Both the position numbers and the translations under genes were made by a program. This document shows, in pieces, positions 43,124 through 51,549 of a stretch of 64,000 nt of DNA. A model generated the notes under the pieces. It was not told the DNA's origin, ran no database searches, and saw only the letters and a list, made by a program, of their open reading frames with translations. Every line of letters begins with the position of its first letter. The first letter of the stretch is position 1. Source of the stretch: an uncultured Gemmatimonadaceae bacterium. GTDB lineage: Bacteria > Gemmatimonadota > Gemmatimonadetes > Gemmatimonadales > Gemmatimonadaceae. Location of the stretch: the NCBI GenBank assembly GCA_963822945.1, contig CAWGJO010000022.1:27891-91890 (forward strand), given 5' to 3'.

Positions 43124-44049
43124 ATGTTTCGCACCATCGTAGTGCCGCTCGACGGATCACCGCTGGCCGAGCACGCGATCGCGACGGCGACCATGCTCGC
43201 CGAGCGGGCGAACGCCGAGGTCGTAGCTCGTGCGTGCCCACGAACTGATGCTCCACGATCTGGGCGATCAGTTGGCGCTGGAGCAGGCCATGCGCGAGGA
43301 AGCGCAGGACTATCTGGACCGCACGGCGAAGGGGATCCACAGCGAGATCGGACTCACGCCCGCGGACGGCGATCCTGGACGGCCCGCCGGCCCACGCCAT
43401 CTGCGAGTTCGCGCGGAAGCAGAAGGAGCCGCTGCTGGTGATGTCCACGCACGGGCGCACGGGGTTCAGCCGTGCCTGGATGGGCAGCGTGGCCGACGCG
43501 GTCGTGCGCAGCACATCGGCACCGGTGTTGATGCTCCGGCCGGAGGAGGCGCCCGACGGGCTGCTGGAGCCGCTCGGGGTGTTTCACCGGATGCTGCTGC
43601 CGGTCGACGGCTCGGGATACTCGGAGCAGGTGGTGCCGCATGCCATGGCGCTCGCCGAATTGACGACCGCGCAGGTACTGCTGCTCGAAGTGGTGAAGCC
43701 CGTGTTCACCCCGGCGTTCATGCCGGCCATGGAGTACGTCGTGTCCTATGCGCCGCCGGAGGAGTACGCCACCGAGGCCACCTCATCGCAGGTGGAGCGG
43801 GCGGCCGACTACGTGTCGTCGCTCGCCGTGAAGCTGCGCCGCCAGTATGCGACGCTCGACATCCAGACCGAGGTGCGGACGGATGCGTCGCCGGCCACGG
43901 CGATTCTCGACACCGCGCAGGCGCAGGGGACGGATGTGGTGGCGATGACCACGCACGGGCGGGGAATGCGGCGGCTGATGATCGGCAGCGTGGCCGACAA
44001 GATTCTCCGCGGCGGACCGCGGGCGCTGCTGGTGGTTCGGCCCGAGTAG
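43124..44049 (+). CDS. Tandem universal stress protein (2x USP), frameshifts near 43225 and 43365
   Basis: IVVPLDGS, MSTHGRTG..GSVADAVVR..PVL, LLPVDGS and MTTHGRG..GSVADKILR. Confidence 0.88.
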
Positions 44050-44050
44050 C

Positions 44051-44201
44051 CTACTCGCCGCAGCCGCAGTTCGGACCGCAGGGTCCGGACTGCGGCTGTC
44101 GCGCGGCCACGACGCGCTTCCACGCGCGGCGCGCGAGGTACGCGGCAGCGCCGAGCAGCGCCACGCCGACGAGCACGTTCTGGACCAGCGGCGCTGGTCA
44201 T
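44051..44201 (-). CDS. FeoB-associated Cys-rich small membrane protein (1-nt indel after codon 4; absent from ORF track)
   Basis: MTSA/LVQNVLVGVALLGAAAYLARRAWKRVVAARQPQSGPCGPNCGCGE*; ATG overlaps feoB stop. Confidence 0.75.
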
Positions 44202-46180
44202 GCCGTCCCGCCCAGGCCGAGTGCCAACCCGCCGTGGTAAATCACGAAGGCGACGCCGTAGGCCAGCACCAGCATGTAGGTGAACTGGAGGGCGGCCCAT
44301 CGGGCCCCCTGCCATCCGCCGCCGGTTTCCTTGTGCGTGATGGTGAGCGTGCTGGTGCACATGAGCGCGAACACGTAGAACGCCATCAGCCCCACGGCGA
44401 TCAGCGGCGTGTAGGTGAGCCGTCCGGTGGCGGGGTCGCGTTCTTCGCGCAGGCGCTGGGCCAGCGCATGGGTGTCGTCGCCGTCATGCCCCACGCCGTA
44501 GATGGTGCCCATGGTGCTCACGAACACTTCGCGGGCGGCGAACGACGCGATCATCGACACCCCGATCTTCCAGTCGTAGCCCAGCGGTCGCACCGCGGGC
44601 TCGATGGCGTGTCCCAGTTTCCCGAGCGCCGACTGCGAGAGCTGCTGCTCCTGCGTCACGCTCCGGCCCGGAACGGCCGCCGGCCGCGGGTAGCTGGCCA
44701 GTCCCCAGAGCAGGATCGAGATGGCGAAGATCACGGTACCGGCGCGGCGCAGGAACATCCGCACGCGCTGCCACGCCGAGTTGAACAGCCCGCGCGCGTT
44801 CGGCACGGAGTAGGCCGGCAGCTCGATGATCAGGGCTCGGGTCTCCGAGCGGAGCAGGGTGCGGCGGAACACCGCCGCGGCGAGCAGGGCGGCCACCGTC
44901 CCCATGACGTACATGCCGAGCATGGTGAGCCCCTGGAGGCTGAACAGCCCGGCCACCGTCACCGCGGGCACGAACGCCGCGACGAGCAGCGTGTACACGG
45001 GCAATCGCGCGGAGCAGCTCATGAGCGGCACCACCATGATGGTGGCCAGCCGCTCCTTGGGTTGCTGGATGGTGCGCGTGGACATGATTGCCGGCACGGC
45101 GCAGGCGTATCCGGAAATGAGCGGGATGAAGCTCTTGCCGTGCAGGCCCAGGGGGCGCATGTAGCGGTCCATCACGAACGCCGCCCGCGCCATGTACCCC
45201 GAATCCTCCAGAATGCCGATGAACAGGAAGAGGATGGCGATCTGCGGAAGGAAGACGAGCACGCTCCCCACGCCGCCCAGGGCCCCGTCCACGAGCAGGC
45301 TGCGCAGTTGGCCCGGCGGCACCGCAGCGCGCACCCCCGTCGCCGTGAGCGCTACCAGCGCCTGGATGCCGTCGGCCAGCGGCTGCGCCCAACTGAACAT
45401 TGCCTGGAAGACGACGAGCATCAGGCCCAGGAAGATGATCGGCCCCCACACGCGGTGGAGAACCACCGCGTCCACGCGATCGCTGAGCGACTGCGCGCGC
45501 GGCCCCTTCCGCGTGACCGTGCGGTCGATGACGTGCGAGATCCAGCGATAGCGCCGGTGGGCGTCGTGGTCATCGTCCCCCGTCTCGTCGTCGTCCGCCA
45601 GATGCAGGGTCGTGCGCGGCAGCGACGCGGCGCGATCGATGGCGTGCCGTAGCCGGTCCACCCCCTCGCCGCGCGTCGCCACCACCGGTACCACCACCAC
45701 GCCCAGTTCGTGGATCAACTCCACGACGTCGATCTGCATGCCGGCCCGCTCCAGGCGATCGACGCGGTTGAGCGCGATCACGGTGGGGCGGCCGAGTTCC
45801 AGCACTTCGGTGGCGAGATAGAGATTCCGCTCCAGGTTCTCCGCGTCCACCACGATCACGATGACGTCGAGCGGTGGCACGCCGGCAGCGCGTCCCTGCA
45901 GGACGTCGAGCGCGATGGCCTCGTCGGGGGATTCGGGCGACAGGCTGTAGGTGCCGGGCAGGTCGATCACCGACACCGGGCCGGTGTCCGTACGGTATTC
46001 GCCCTCGGCGCGCTCCACGGTGACGCCCGGGAAGTTGGCCACCCGCTGGCGGCGTCCCGTGAGGGCGTTGAAGAGGGTGCTCTTGCCGCAGTTGGGGTTG
46101 CCGACCAGCGCCACCCGGAGGGCGCGCGCGGCAGGCTCGGCCGCGTTGGCCGCGCCCACCAGTTCGGCGCCCGCGGTCAT
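44198..46180 (-). CDS. feoB: Ferrous iron transporter B
   Basis: GNPNCGKS, NFPGVTVE, DLPGTYSL, EDSGYMARAAF, MSCSARLPVY and AAREVFVS. Confidence 0.97.
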   Translation of the reverse strand: MTAGAELVGAANAAEPAARALRVALVGNPNCGKSTLFNALTGRRQRVANFPGVTVERAEGEYRTDTGPVSVIDLPGTYSLSPESPDEAIALDVLQGRAAGVPPLDVIVIVVDAENLERNLYLATEVLELGRPTVIALNRVDRLERAGMQIDVVELIHELGVVVVPVVATRGEGVDRLRHAIDRAASLPRTTLHLADDDETGDDDHDAHRRYRWISHVIDRTVTRKGPRAQSLSDRVDAVVLHRVWGPIIFLGLMLVVFQAMFSWAQPLADGIQALVALTATGVRAAVPPGQLRSLLVDGALGGVGSVLVFLPQIAILFLFIGILEDSGYMARAAFVMDRYMRPLGLHGKSFIPLISGYACAVPAIMSTRTIQQPKERLATIMVVPLMSCSARLPVYTLLVAAFVPAVTVAGLFSLQGLTMLGMYVMGTVAALLAAAVFRRTLLRSETRALIIELPAYSVPNARGLFNSAWQRVRMFLRRAGTVIFAISILLWGLASYPRPAAVPGRSVTQEQQLSQSALGKLGHAIEPAVRPLGYDWKIGVSMIASFAAREVFVSTMGTIYGVGHDGDDTHALAQRLREERDPATGRLTYTPLIAVGLMAFYVFALMCTSTLTITHKETGGGWQGARWAALQFTYMLVLAYGVAFVIYHGGLALGLGGTA

Positions 46181-46470
46181 GCCGCCAGCGGGCGCACGCG
46201 AATCGTCCGGGCCACCGAGACGTCGAGGGCCAGGCGCGAACCCCGCACGTCGAGCAGAATGCCGCTCCGGGTGTCCACGATCCCGACCCGAGCGCCCTCG
46301 AACACGCCGAGGGTGCGCAGCCGGCGCGCCTCGTCGGCATGGCAGGCCAGGCCGACCACGAGTGCGCAGAAGCCAATGGGACAGGACGCGAGCGGGCAGT
46401 CATCCGGACAGATGAACCGGATGCTCGAAGCGCTCGGGATTTGCCGCTGACGTCTCCAGAATCTCAGCAC
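46177..46470 (-). CDS. feoA: FeoA family protein, Cys-rich N-terminus
   Basis: RRLRTLGVFEGARV...VRGSRLALD..A..I.V; overlaps feoB start. Confidence 0.88.
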   Translation of the reverse strand: MLRFWRRQRQIPSASSIRFICPDDCPLASCPIGFCALVVGLACHADEARRLRTLGVFEGARVGIVDTRSGILLDVRGSRLALDVSVARTIRVRPLAA

Positions 46471-46595
46471 GGTGTTTGCGGGCGATCAGAGGGTCGCGGG
46501 AACCACCAGCAGCGCCGGCCGCAACCCCCTCCAGCGCTGCACGAACGGTAATGGGTAGGGGGACTAGAACAATCGGAATTTACTGCGCAAAATGG

Positions 46596-46608
46596 AAGGG
46601 ATTCCCTT
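46596..46608. promoter_or_regulatory. Palindrome AAGGGA-T-TCCCTT in AT-rich region upstream of feoA (candidate metal-regulator operator)
   Basis: 6-1-6 palindrome about 125 bp upstream of feoA; loose resemblance to Fur-type boxes. Confidence 0.35.
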
Positions 46609-46610
46609 AC

Positions 46611-46697
46611 AGACGCCGGTAGGTCGGTAGGTCGGTAGGTCGGTAGGTCGGGGGACGACGGCTCCACGCCCGCGCCCCCTCTACCGACCTACCGTCT
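46611..46697. repeat. (CGGTAGGT)x4 tandem octamer with downstream inverted copy CTACCGACCTACCG, forming a long hairpin
   Basis: Four exact units at 46617-46648; reverse-complement copy at 46681-46694; flanks AGAC...GTCT. Confidence 0.85.
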
Positions 46698-47593
46698 CAC
46701 CCGACATAGGTCGCCAACGCGCGCCCGGAGCGCCCGTCGTGGAGGTGCTTGAGGGCCCGGTCGCGGAGCTGCCGGATGCGCTCGCGGGTCACGCCGAACA
46801 GCTCGCCGATCTCTTCCAGGGTGCGCTCCCGGCCGTCGTCGAAGCCGAAATAGAGGCGCAGCACCCGCTGGTGGCGTGGAGAGAGGGCCTGGAGGGCGTT
46901 CTCGAGGTCGGCGCGCAGCAGCCGGCGTGCCGCCTCCTCCTCGATGTCCGGGGCCTGGGCATGGACGAACTGCTCCAGCAGGGCGCGGTCGCCCTCGCGG
47001 CTCAGGGGGGCGTCGAGCCGCAACTCGTTGCGGTTCACGCCCACCAGCGAACGCACCACGTGCTGCGAGAGCCCGGTCACGTGTGAGAGCTCCTCCTCGG
47101 TGGGCTCGCGGTCGAGTTCCTGGCGCAGCGACGCCGAGGTCTTCACCACGCGCGACAGGTCGCCGGTGCGATTGAGCGGCAGGCGCACGGTGCGGCTCTG
47201 CCGGGCCAGCGCGGCCAGGATCGACTGGCGCACCCACCACACGGCGTACGAGATGAACTTGACGCCGCGGTCGGGATCGAAGCGCCGCGCCGCGGTCATC
47301 AACCCGATGTTGCCCTCCTCGATGAGGTCGAGCAACGACAGGCCGCGGTTGCGGTACTTCTTGGCGACGGAGATCACGAAGCGCAGGTTGCGCTGCACCA
47401 GCTCGTCGAGCGCTGCGTCGTCGCCGTCCTGAATGCGGCGCGCCAGCGCCAACTCCTCGGCGGCCGTCAGGAGCGGATAGCGATTGACCTCGAGCAGATA
47501 CTGGTCGAGGATGTCCGGATGCATGGGGCGCGTCGGGATCGACGGCGCCGGGACGGGGGTCCGATGGCGTTTGACTCGCGGCATTGGATTCAC
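46697..47593 (-). CDS. Sigma70 family RNA polymerase sigma factor (RpoD/RpoS-like, no region 1.1)
   Basis: YL.EV..YPLLT.EE, NLRFVISVAKKY, DLIEEGNIGL, FDPDRGVKFISYAVWWVRQ and TLEEIG..FGVTRERIRQ; true start may be 47584 or 47524. Confidence 0.93.
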   Translation of the reverse strand: MNPMPRVKRHRTPVPAPSIPTRPMHPDILDQYLLEVNRYPLLTAAEELALARRIQDGDDAALDELVQRNLRFVISVAKKYRNRGLSLLDLIEEGNIGLMTAARRFDPDRGVKFISYAVWWVRQSILAALARQSRTVRLPLNRTGDLSRVVKTSASLRQELDREPTEEELSHVTGLSQHVVRSLVGVNRNELRLDAPLSREGDRALLEQFVHAQAPDIEEEAARRLLRADLENALQALSPRHQRVLRLYFGFDDGRERTLEEIGELFGVTRERIRQLRDRALKHLHDGRSGRALATYVG

Positions 47594-47987
47594 CTTCGAC
47601 CTTCGTTGGGGGTACCGGCAATCTTCCCTCTGACGAGGGCCTCCGCATCAGCCGAAACCTGATAATTCGTGGGGACTTCTCCGTGCGTGGCCGAGGCCGA
47701 TTCGTCACGGTTCCCGGGCGCGACCCGGCGCCGCGGCACGCATGCCGCCCGAGGATCGGGAAATTGCGCCAGCGATTCCCCTACGGCGGCTCAGGGCATC
47801 TCCGCTAGTTGCGCTTCTGCGCCACCCGTTTCTTTCCGCGTAGCCGCACTGCGGCCGGCCCTGATGCACGGGGCGTGCAGTCCGAGATCCGATTCGAACG
47901 CACACGCGAACGTACAGCGGACAGGTAGCCTTGAAACGAATGCAATTGGTGGGCGAGCCCGGGTCGCGCGGCAGGCGCCCCCGTCAT

Positions 47988-49307
47988 ATGTCAGGGCCCA
48001 AGGTGCTCGGGGTCGCGCTGGCGGTATTCGGAGCGGTGACCCTCTTCGCGTCGCTCGCCGCGCCGGCGGGGGCCCAGCAGCAGGCCGGCGTCGTCGAATG
48101 CCGCAACTGCCACTCCAACCGCGAATTCCTCGTCGGCAAGGGTGGGGGGGTCAAGCCGGACTCGGTGCTCTACGTACCCGATTCCCTGCTCAGGGACTCG
48201 AAGCATGCCGGCCTGAGCTGCATACGTTGCCACCCCGATTTCGCGAACGGGTATCCCCATCGCGTCACCACGGTCGTGGCCGTGCCGTGCCAGACCTGCC
48301 ATCAGAAGGAAGGAGAGGACTGGGCAAAGTCGATCCACGCGCCGGACGCAGTCACGCGGGGGAACGCGCCCACGTGCGTCACCTGTCACACCAAGCATCA
48401 CGTGCTCGGGGCGGACGATCCCCGGTCGCCCACCTACCCGCTGAACGTGGCGGGCCTCTGCGGCAGCTGTCACGCGAATCCGAAGATCATCGGCACCTAC
48501 TTCAGCGCGCCCAAGGACACGGCGGCGCGCACCGCGGTGAACGCGTACTACAAGACGGTGCACGGGACGGCGATGACCAAGGCGGGGCTGGTGGTGTCGG
48601 CCACGTGCAACGACTGCCACGGCGCCCACCTCATCCTGCCGCCCGACTCGGCGGCGTCCACGATCAACCGCGCGAACATCCCCGAAACCTGCGGCAAGTG
48701 CCACGCGGGCGTGCTCGAGACGTTCGACCAGTCGTCGCACGGCAAGGCGGCCCGCACCGGGGCCAAGACGCCCACCGGCCACTCGGCGCCGGTGTGCGTG
48801 GACTGCCATCCGGCGCACCAACTCGTCTCGGCGTCGGACCCGGTCTGGTTCCGGGGCGTCGTGAAGGAATGCGGCTCGTGCCACGAGCACGAATACGAGA
48901 CCTACTTCGAGACCTATCACGGCCAGGTCACCGAACTCGGCTTCGGCCTGACCGCGAAGTGCAGCGACTGTCATACGGCGCACGCCATGCTGCCGATGAC
49001 GGATCCCAAGTCGTCGACCAATCCGGCGAACCTGGTGGCCACGTGCAGCACCTGCCACCCCGACGCCAACGCGAACTTCGTCAAGTACCAGCCCCACGGC
49101 GATCCCAAGAACCGGACCATGTTCCCGCGTCTGTTCTGGACCTGGCTGTTCATGACCACGCTGCTGGTGAGCGTCTTCGTGTTCTTCGGCGCGCACACCC
49201 TGTTGTGGCTGGCGCGGCTGATCATCGATCGGTTGCGCGGCCGGACCAACCATGATGCGCATCCGCCCGGGAACTCGCAGTCGGGGCAGCAGGAGGGGCA
49301 ACCATGA
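47988..49307 (+). CDS. 11-heme periplasmic cytochrome c with C-terminal membrane anchor (CbcL-like c domain)
   Basis: Signal peptide; 11 CxxCH counted; repeated S.HG/PTCxxCH..H units; C-terminal TM helix containing AHTLLW. Confidence 0.92.
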   Translation: MSGPKVLGVALAVFGAVTLFASLAAPAGAQQQAGVVECRNCHSNREFLVGKGGGVKPDSVLYVPDSLLRDSKHAGLSCIRCHPDFANGYPHRVTTVVAVPCQTCHQKEGEDWAKSIHAPDAVTRGNAPTCVTCHTKHHVLGADDPRSPTYPLNVAGLCGSCHANPKIIGTYFSAPKDTAARTAVNAYYKTVHGTAMTKAGLVVSATCNDCHGAHLILPPDSAASTINRANIPETCGKCHAGVLETFDQSSHGKAARTGAKTPTGHSAPVCVDCHPAHQLVSASDPVWFRGVVKECGSCHEHEYETYFETYHGQVTELGFGLTAKCSDCHTAHAMLPMTDPKSSTNPANLVATCSTCHPDANANFVKYQPHGDPKNRTMFPRLFWTWLFMTTLLVSVFVFFGAHTLLWLARLIIDRLRGRTNHDAHPPGNSQSGQQEGQP

Positions 49308-50152
49308 AGAAGCCCATGGCCGTTTCGGACCAGGGCAAGGGCCCGTACATCACGCGCTTCGGTCCCATCGAGCGCACGACGCACGCGCTGGTCATCATCT
49401 CGTTCCTCGGACTCGTCGTCACGGGAGTCCCGCTGCGCTTCGCCTATGCCGGCTGGGCCGCCCCGCTCATGAAGGCGCTCGGTGGCCCCGGGTCGGCCGC
49501 GTTCATTCACCGCGTGTGCGCCGCGATCACCTTCGGGTACTTCTTCATCCACCTCGCGTCGGTGGTACGCAAGCTGATCAAGACCGACGACAAGCTGTCG
49601 ATCTTCTGGGGGCCGCGGAGCATGGTCCCCCAGCCGAAGGACGTGCGCGACGTCATCGGCATGTTCAAGTGGTTCCTGGGCCTGGGTCGCCAGCCCAAGT
49701 TCGACCGCTTCAGCTACATGGAGAAGTTCGACTACTGGGCGGTGTTCTGGGGGGTCGCGATCATCGGCGGCTCCGGGTTGCTGCTCTGGTTCCCCACGTT
49801 CTTCGCCCGCTTCCTGCCGGGGTGGATGTTCAACGTGGCCACCATCGTGCACGGCGACGAGGCCCTGCTCGCGCTTGGCTTCATCTTCACCATCCACTTC
49901 TTCAACGTCCACCTGCGCCCCGGCAAGTTCCCCATCGACCTCGTGATCTTCACGGGGCGGGCGCGGGCCGAGTACTTCGAGGAAGAGCATCCCCTGGAAT
50001 ACGAGCGCGAAGCGAAGGACGGCAGCCTGGCGAAGCTGGAGGCGCCGGAGCCGTCGCGCGCGACGTATCTCTGGTCCATGGGGCTCGGCTTCGCGGCGCT
50101 GGCCGCAGGCGTGTTCCTCGTGCTGCTCGTGATCTACGCCCTCGTGAGCTGA
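49304..50152 (+). CDS. Di-heme cytochrome b (FdnI/HydC-type; CbcL-like b domain)
   Basis: RF...ER.THALVIISF, FIHRVCA, P..KDVRD, FDRFSYMEKFDYWAVFWG and IVHGDEALLA..IHFFNVH; ATGA overlap. Confidence 0.9.
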   Translation: MKKPMAVSDQGKGPYITRFGPIERTTHALVIISFLGLVVTGVPLRFAYAGWAAPLMKALGGPGSAAFIHRVCAAITFGYFFIHLASVVRKLIKTDDKLSIFWGPRSMVPQPKDVRDVIGMFKWFLGLGRQPKFDRFSYMEKFDYWAVFWGVAIIGGSGLLLWFPTFFARFLPGWMFNVATIVHGDEALLALGFIFTIHFFNVHLRPGKFPIDLVIFTGRARAEYFEEEHPLEYEREAKDGSLAKLEAPEPSRATYLWSMGLGFAALAAGVFLVLLVIYALVS

Positions 50153-50156
50153 CATC

Positions 50157-51545
50157 ATGACTGAGGTTCGGCGCCGGATCGTCGAGGGAATCCTGGCCGG
50201 GTTGGCCATGGCGACTCTCGTCGGCTGGACGCCGAACCGCCAACAACCGGCGCCGCCACGCGCGGCGCCGCAGGCCGACAGCGGCCGGCTCGACTGCGCC
50301 AGCTGTCACCCCGCCGTGCACGCCACGATGGTGGGCACGGCGCGGGAGAAGGCCGCCCGGTGCGTCACCTGCCACGCCGGCGCGCATCAGGCGGTGCAGA
50401 CCCTGTACGAGGGAAGGGACTCCACCGTTCGGGCCGACGCCATGTTCCTGGCGCGCGTCGACTGCCGTGCCTGTCACACCGATGCCGCCCTCGCCGCCGC
50501 GCCGGGCGCGCCGCGGCTGGCGGCCGTCGGCCGCGCCTGCGAGACCTGCCACGGCGCGCGCTTCGACAAGATGCTGCCCCGGTGGGCCGAAGGGCTGGGG
50601 TGGCGGCTCCGGGTCGTGGCCGCGTACGTCGCCGCCGCGAACGCGGACGGCACGCTCGCCGGGCAGGCCGCCGCGCAGGCGCAGCTGCGCAGGGCGGTGG
50701 CCGACCTCGCGCTGGTGCGCAACGGTGGGGGCCTCCACAACGTGTCGGGGGCCGACGCGCTGCTGCGCTCGGCCGCCCGGAAGGTTGGAGCGGCGTACCG
50801 CGCGGCCGGCAGGACTGCCCCGCCACCCCCGGCGCTCGGGCCCGATCCCGCGACCACCTCGTGCGCCTACTGCCACTACGGGATCGAGGCGGTGCGCGAC
50901 ACGGTGTTCGGCCAGACGTTCGACCACGTGGATCACGTGGTGAGCGCCGGCGTCGCCTGCGCAAAGTGCCACAGCTCGGCCGACTACTTCGCCCCCGGTA
51001 CCCGCAACGTGGATGCGCGGCACGGGAGGACCACGGTCACCGCGGCCGCGTGCAATTCGTGCCACCACGTCGCCTCCACGCTGGCGTGCGTCACCTGCCA
51101 CTCGCGGGACGCCCTGGCGAGCCGCCCGGAGCCGGTCACGCTGCCGCTGCGCCTGCAGCCGCCCGGCGCGCCGACCACGCGCGCGGTTGCGTTCCGTCAC
51201 GACGTCCACGCCGCGGTGGCGTGCGCGAGCTGCCACACGTCGCGCGCCGCGGTCGCGACCGTCGCCGCGTGTACCAGCTGTCATGAGGCGCACCACCGCG
51301 ACGCGCGCGACTGCACGACGTGCCACGGCACGACGCTGCTGGGCAAGCACAAGGCGGCCGACCACCTGGCGTGCGCCGAGTGCCACGCCACGGAAACCCT
51401 CGCCCTCCTCACCGGCGACCGGACGTTCTGTGTGAGTTGCCACGTGGACCGGCGCGATCACCACCCCAGCCGCGAGTGCGCGCCCTGCCATCTGCAGATG
51501 TCGCCGGCCGAAGTGGCCGCCAAGATCCTCGGCCGCCGGCCGTAG
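50157..51545 (+). CDS. 14-heme cytochrome c with central helical bundle
   Basis: 14 CxxCH counted; N-terminal hydrophobic signal; GGGLHN bundle motif; colinear with hemes 9-22 of 53407..55419. Confidence 0.9.
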   Translation: MTEVRRRIVEGILAGLAMATLVGWTPNRQQPAPPRAAPQADSGRLDCASCHPAVHATMVGTAREKAARCVTCHAGAHQAVQTLYEGRDSTVRADAMFLARVDCRACHTDAALAAAPGAPRLAAVGRACETCHGARFDKMLPRWAEGLGWRLRVVAAYVAAANADGTLAGQAAAQAQLRRAVADLALVRNGGGLHNVSGADALLRSAARKVGAAYRAAGRTAPPPPALGPDPATTSCAYCHYGIEAVRDTVFGQTFDHVDHVVSAGVACAKCHSSADYFAPGTRNVDARHGRTTVTAAACNSCHHVASTLACVTCHSRDALASRPEPVTLPLRLQPPGAPTTRAVAFRHDVHAAVACASCHTSRAAVATVAACTSCHEAHHRDARDCTTCHGTTLLGKHKAADHLACAECHATETLALLTGDRTFCVSCHVDRRDHHPSRECAPCHLQMSPAEVAAKILGRRP

Positions 51546-51549
51546 CCGG

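Noticed and set aside
44043..44057. Perfect palindrome CGAGTAG-C-CTACTCG
   Set aside because: Explained by two convergent genes both ending GAG-TAG one base apart.
46617..46694. Possible CRISPR array
   Set aside because: Units are 8 bp, contiguous and spacer-less, and there are no cas genes; kept as a simple repeat/hairpin.
47931..47944. FNR-like TTGAA-ACGA-ATGCA upstream of the 11-heme gene
   Set aside because: Three mismatches to TTGAT-N4-ATCAA and unlike the GTGAC motif seen at 2.4 kb; insufficient support.
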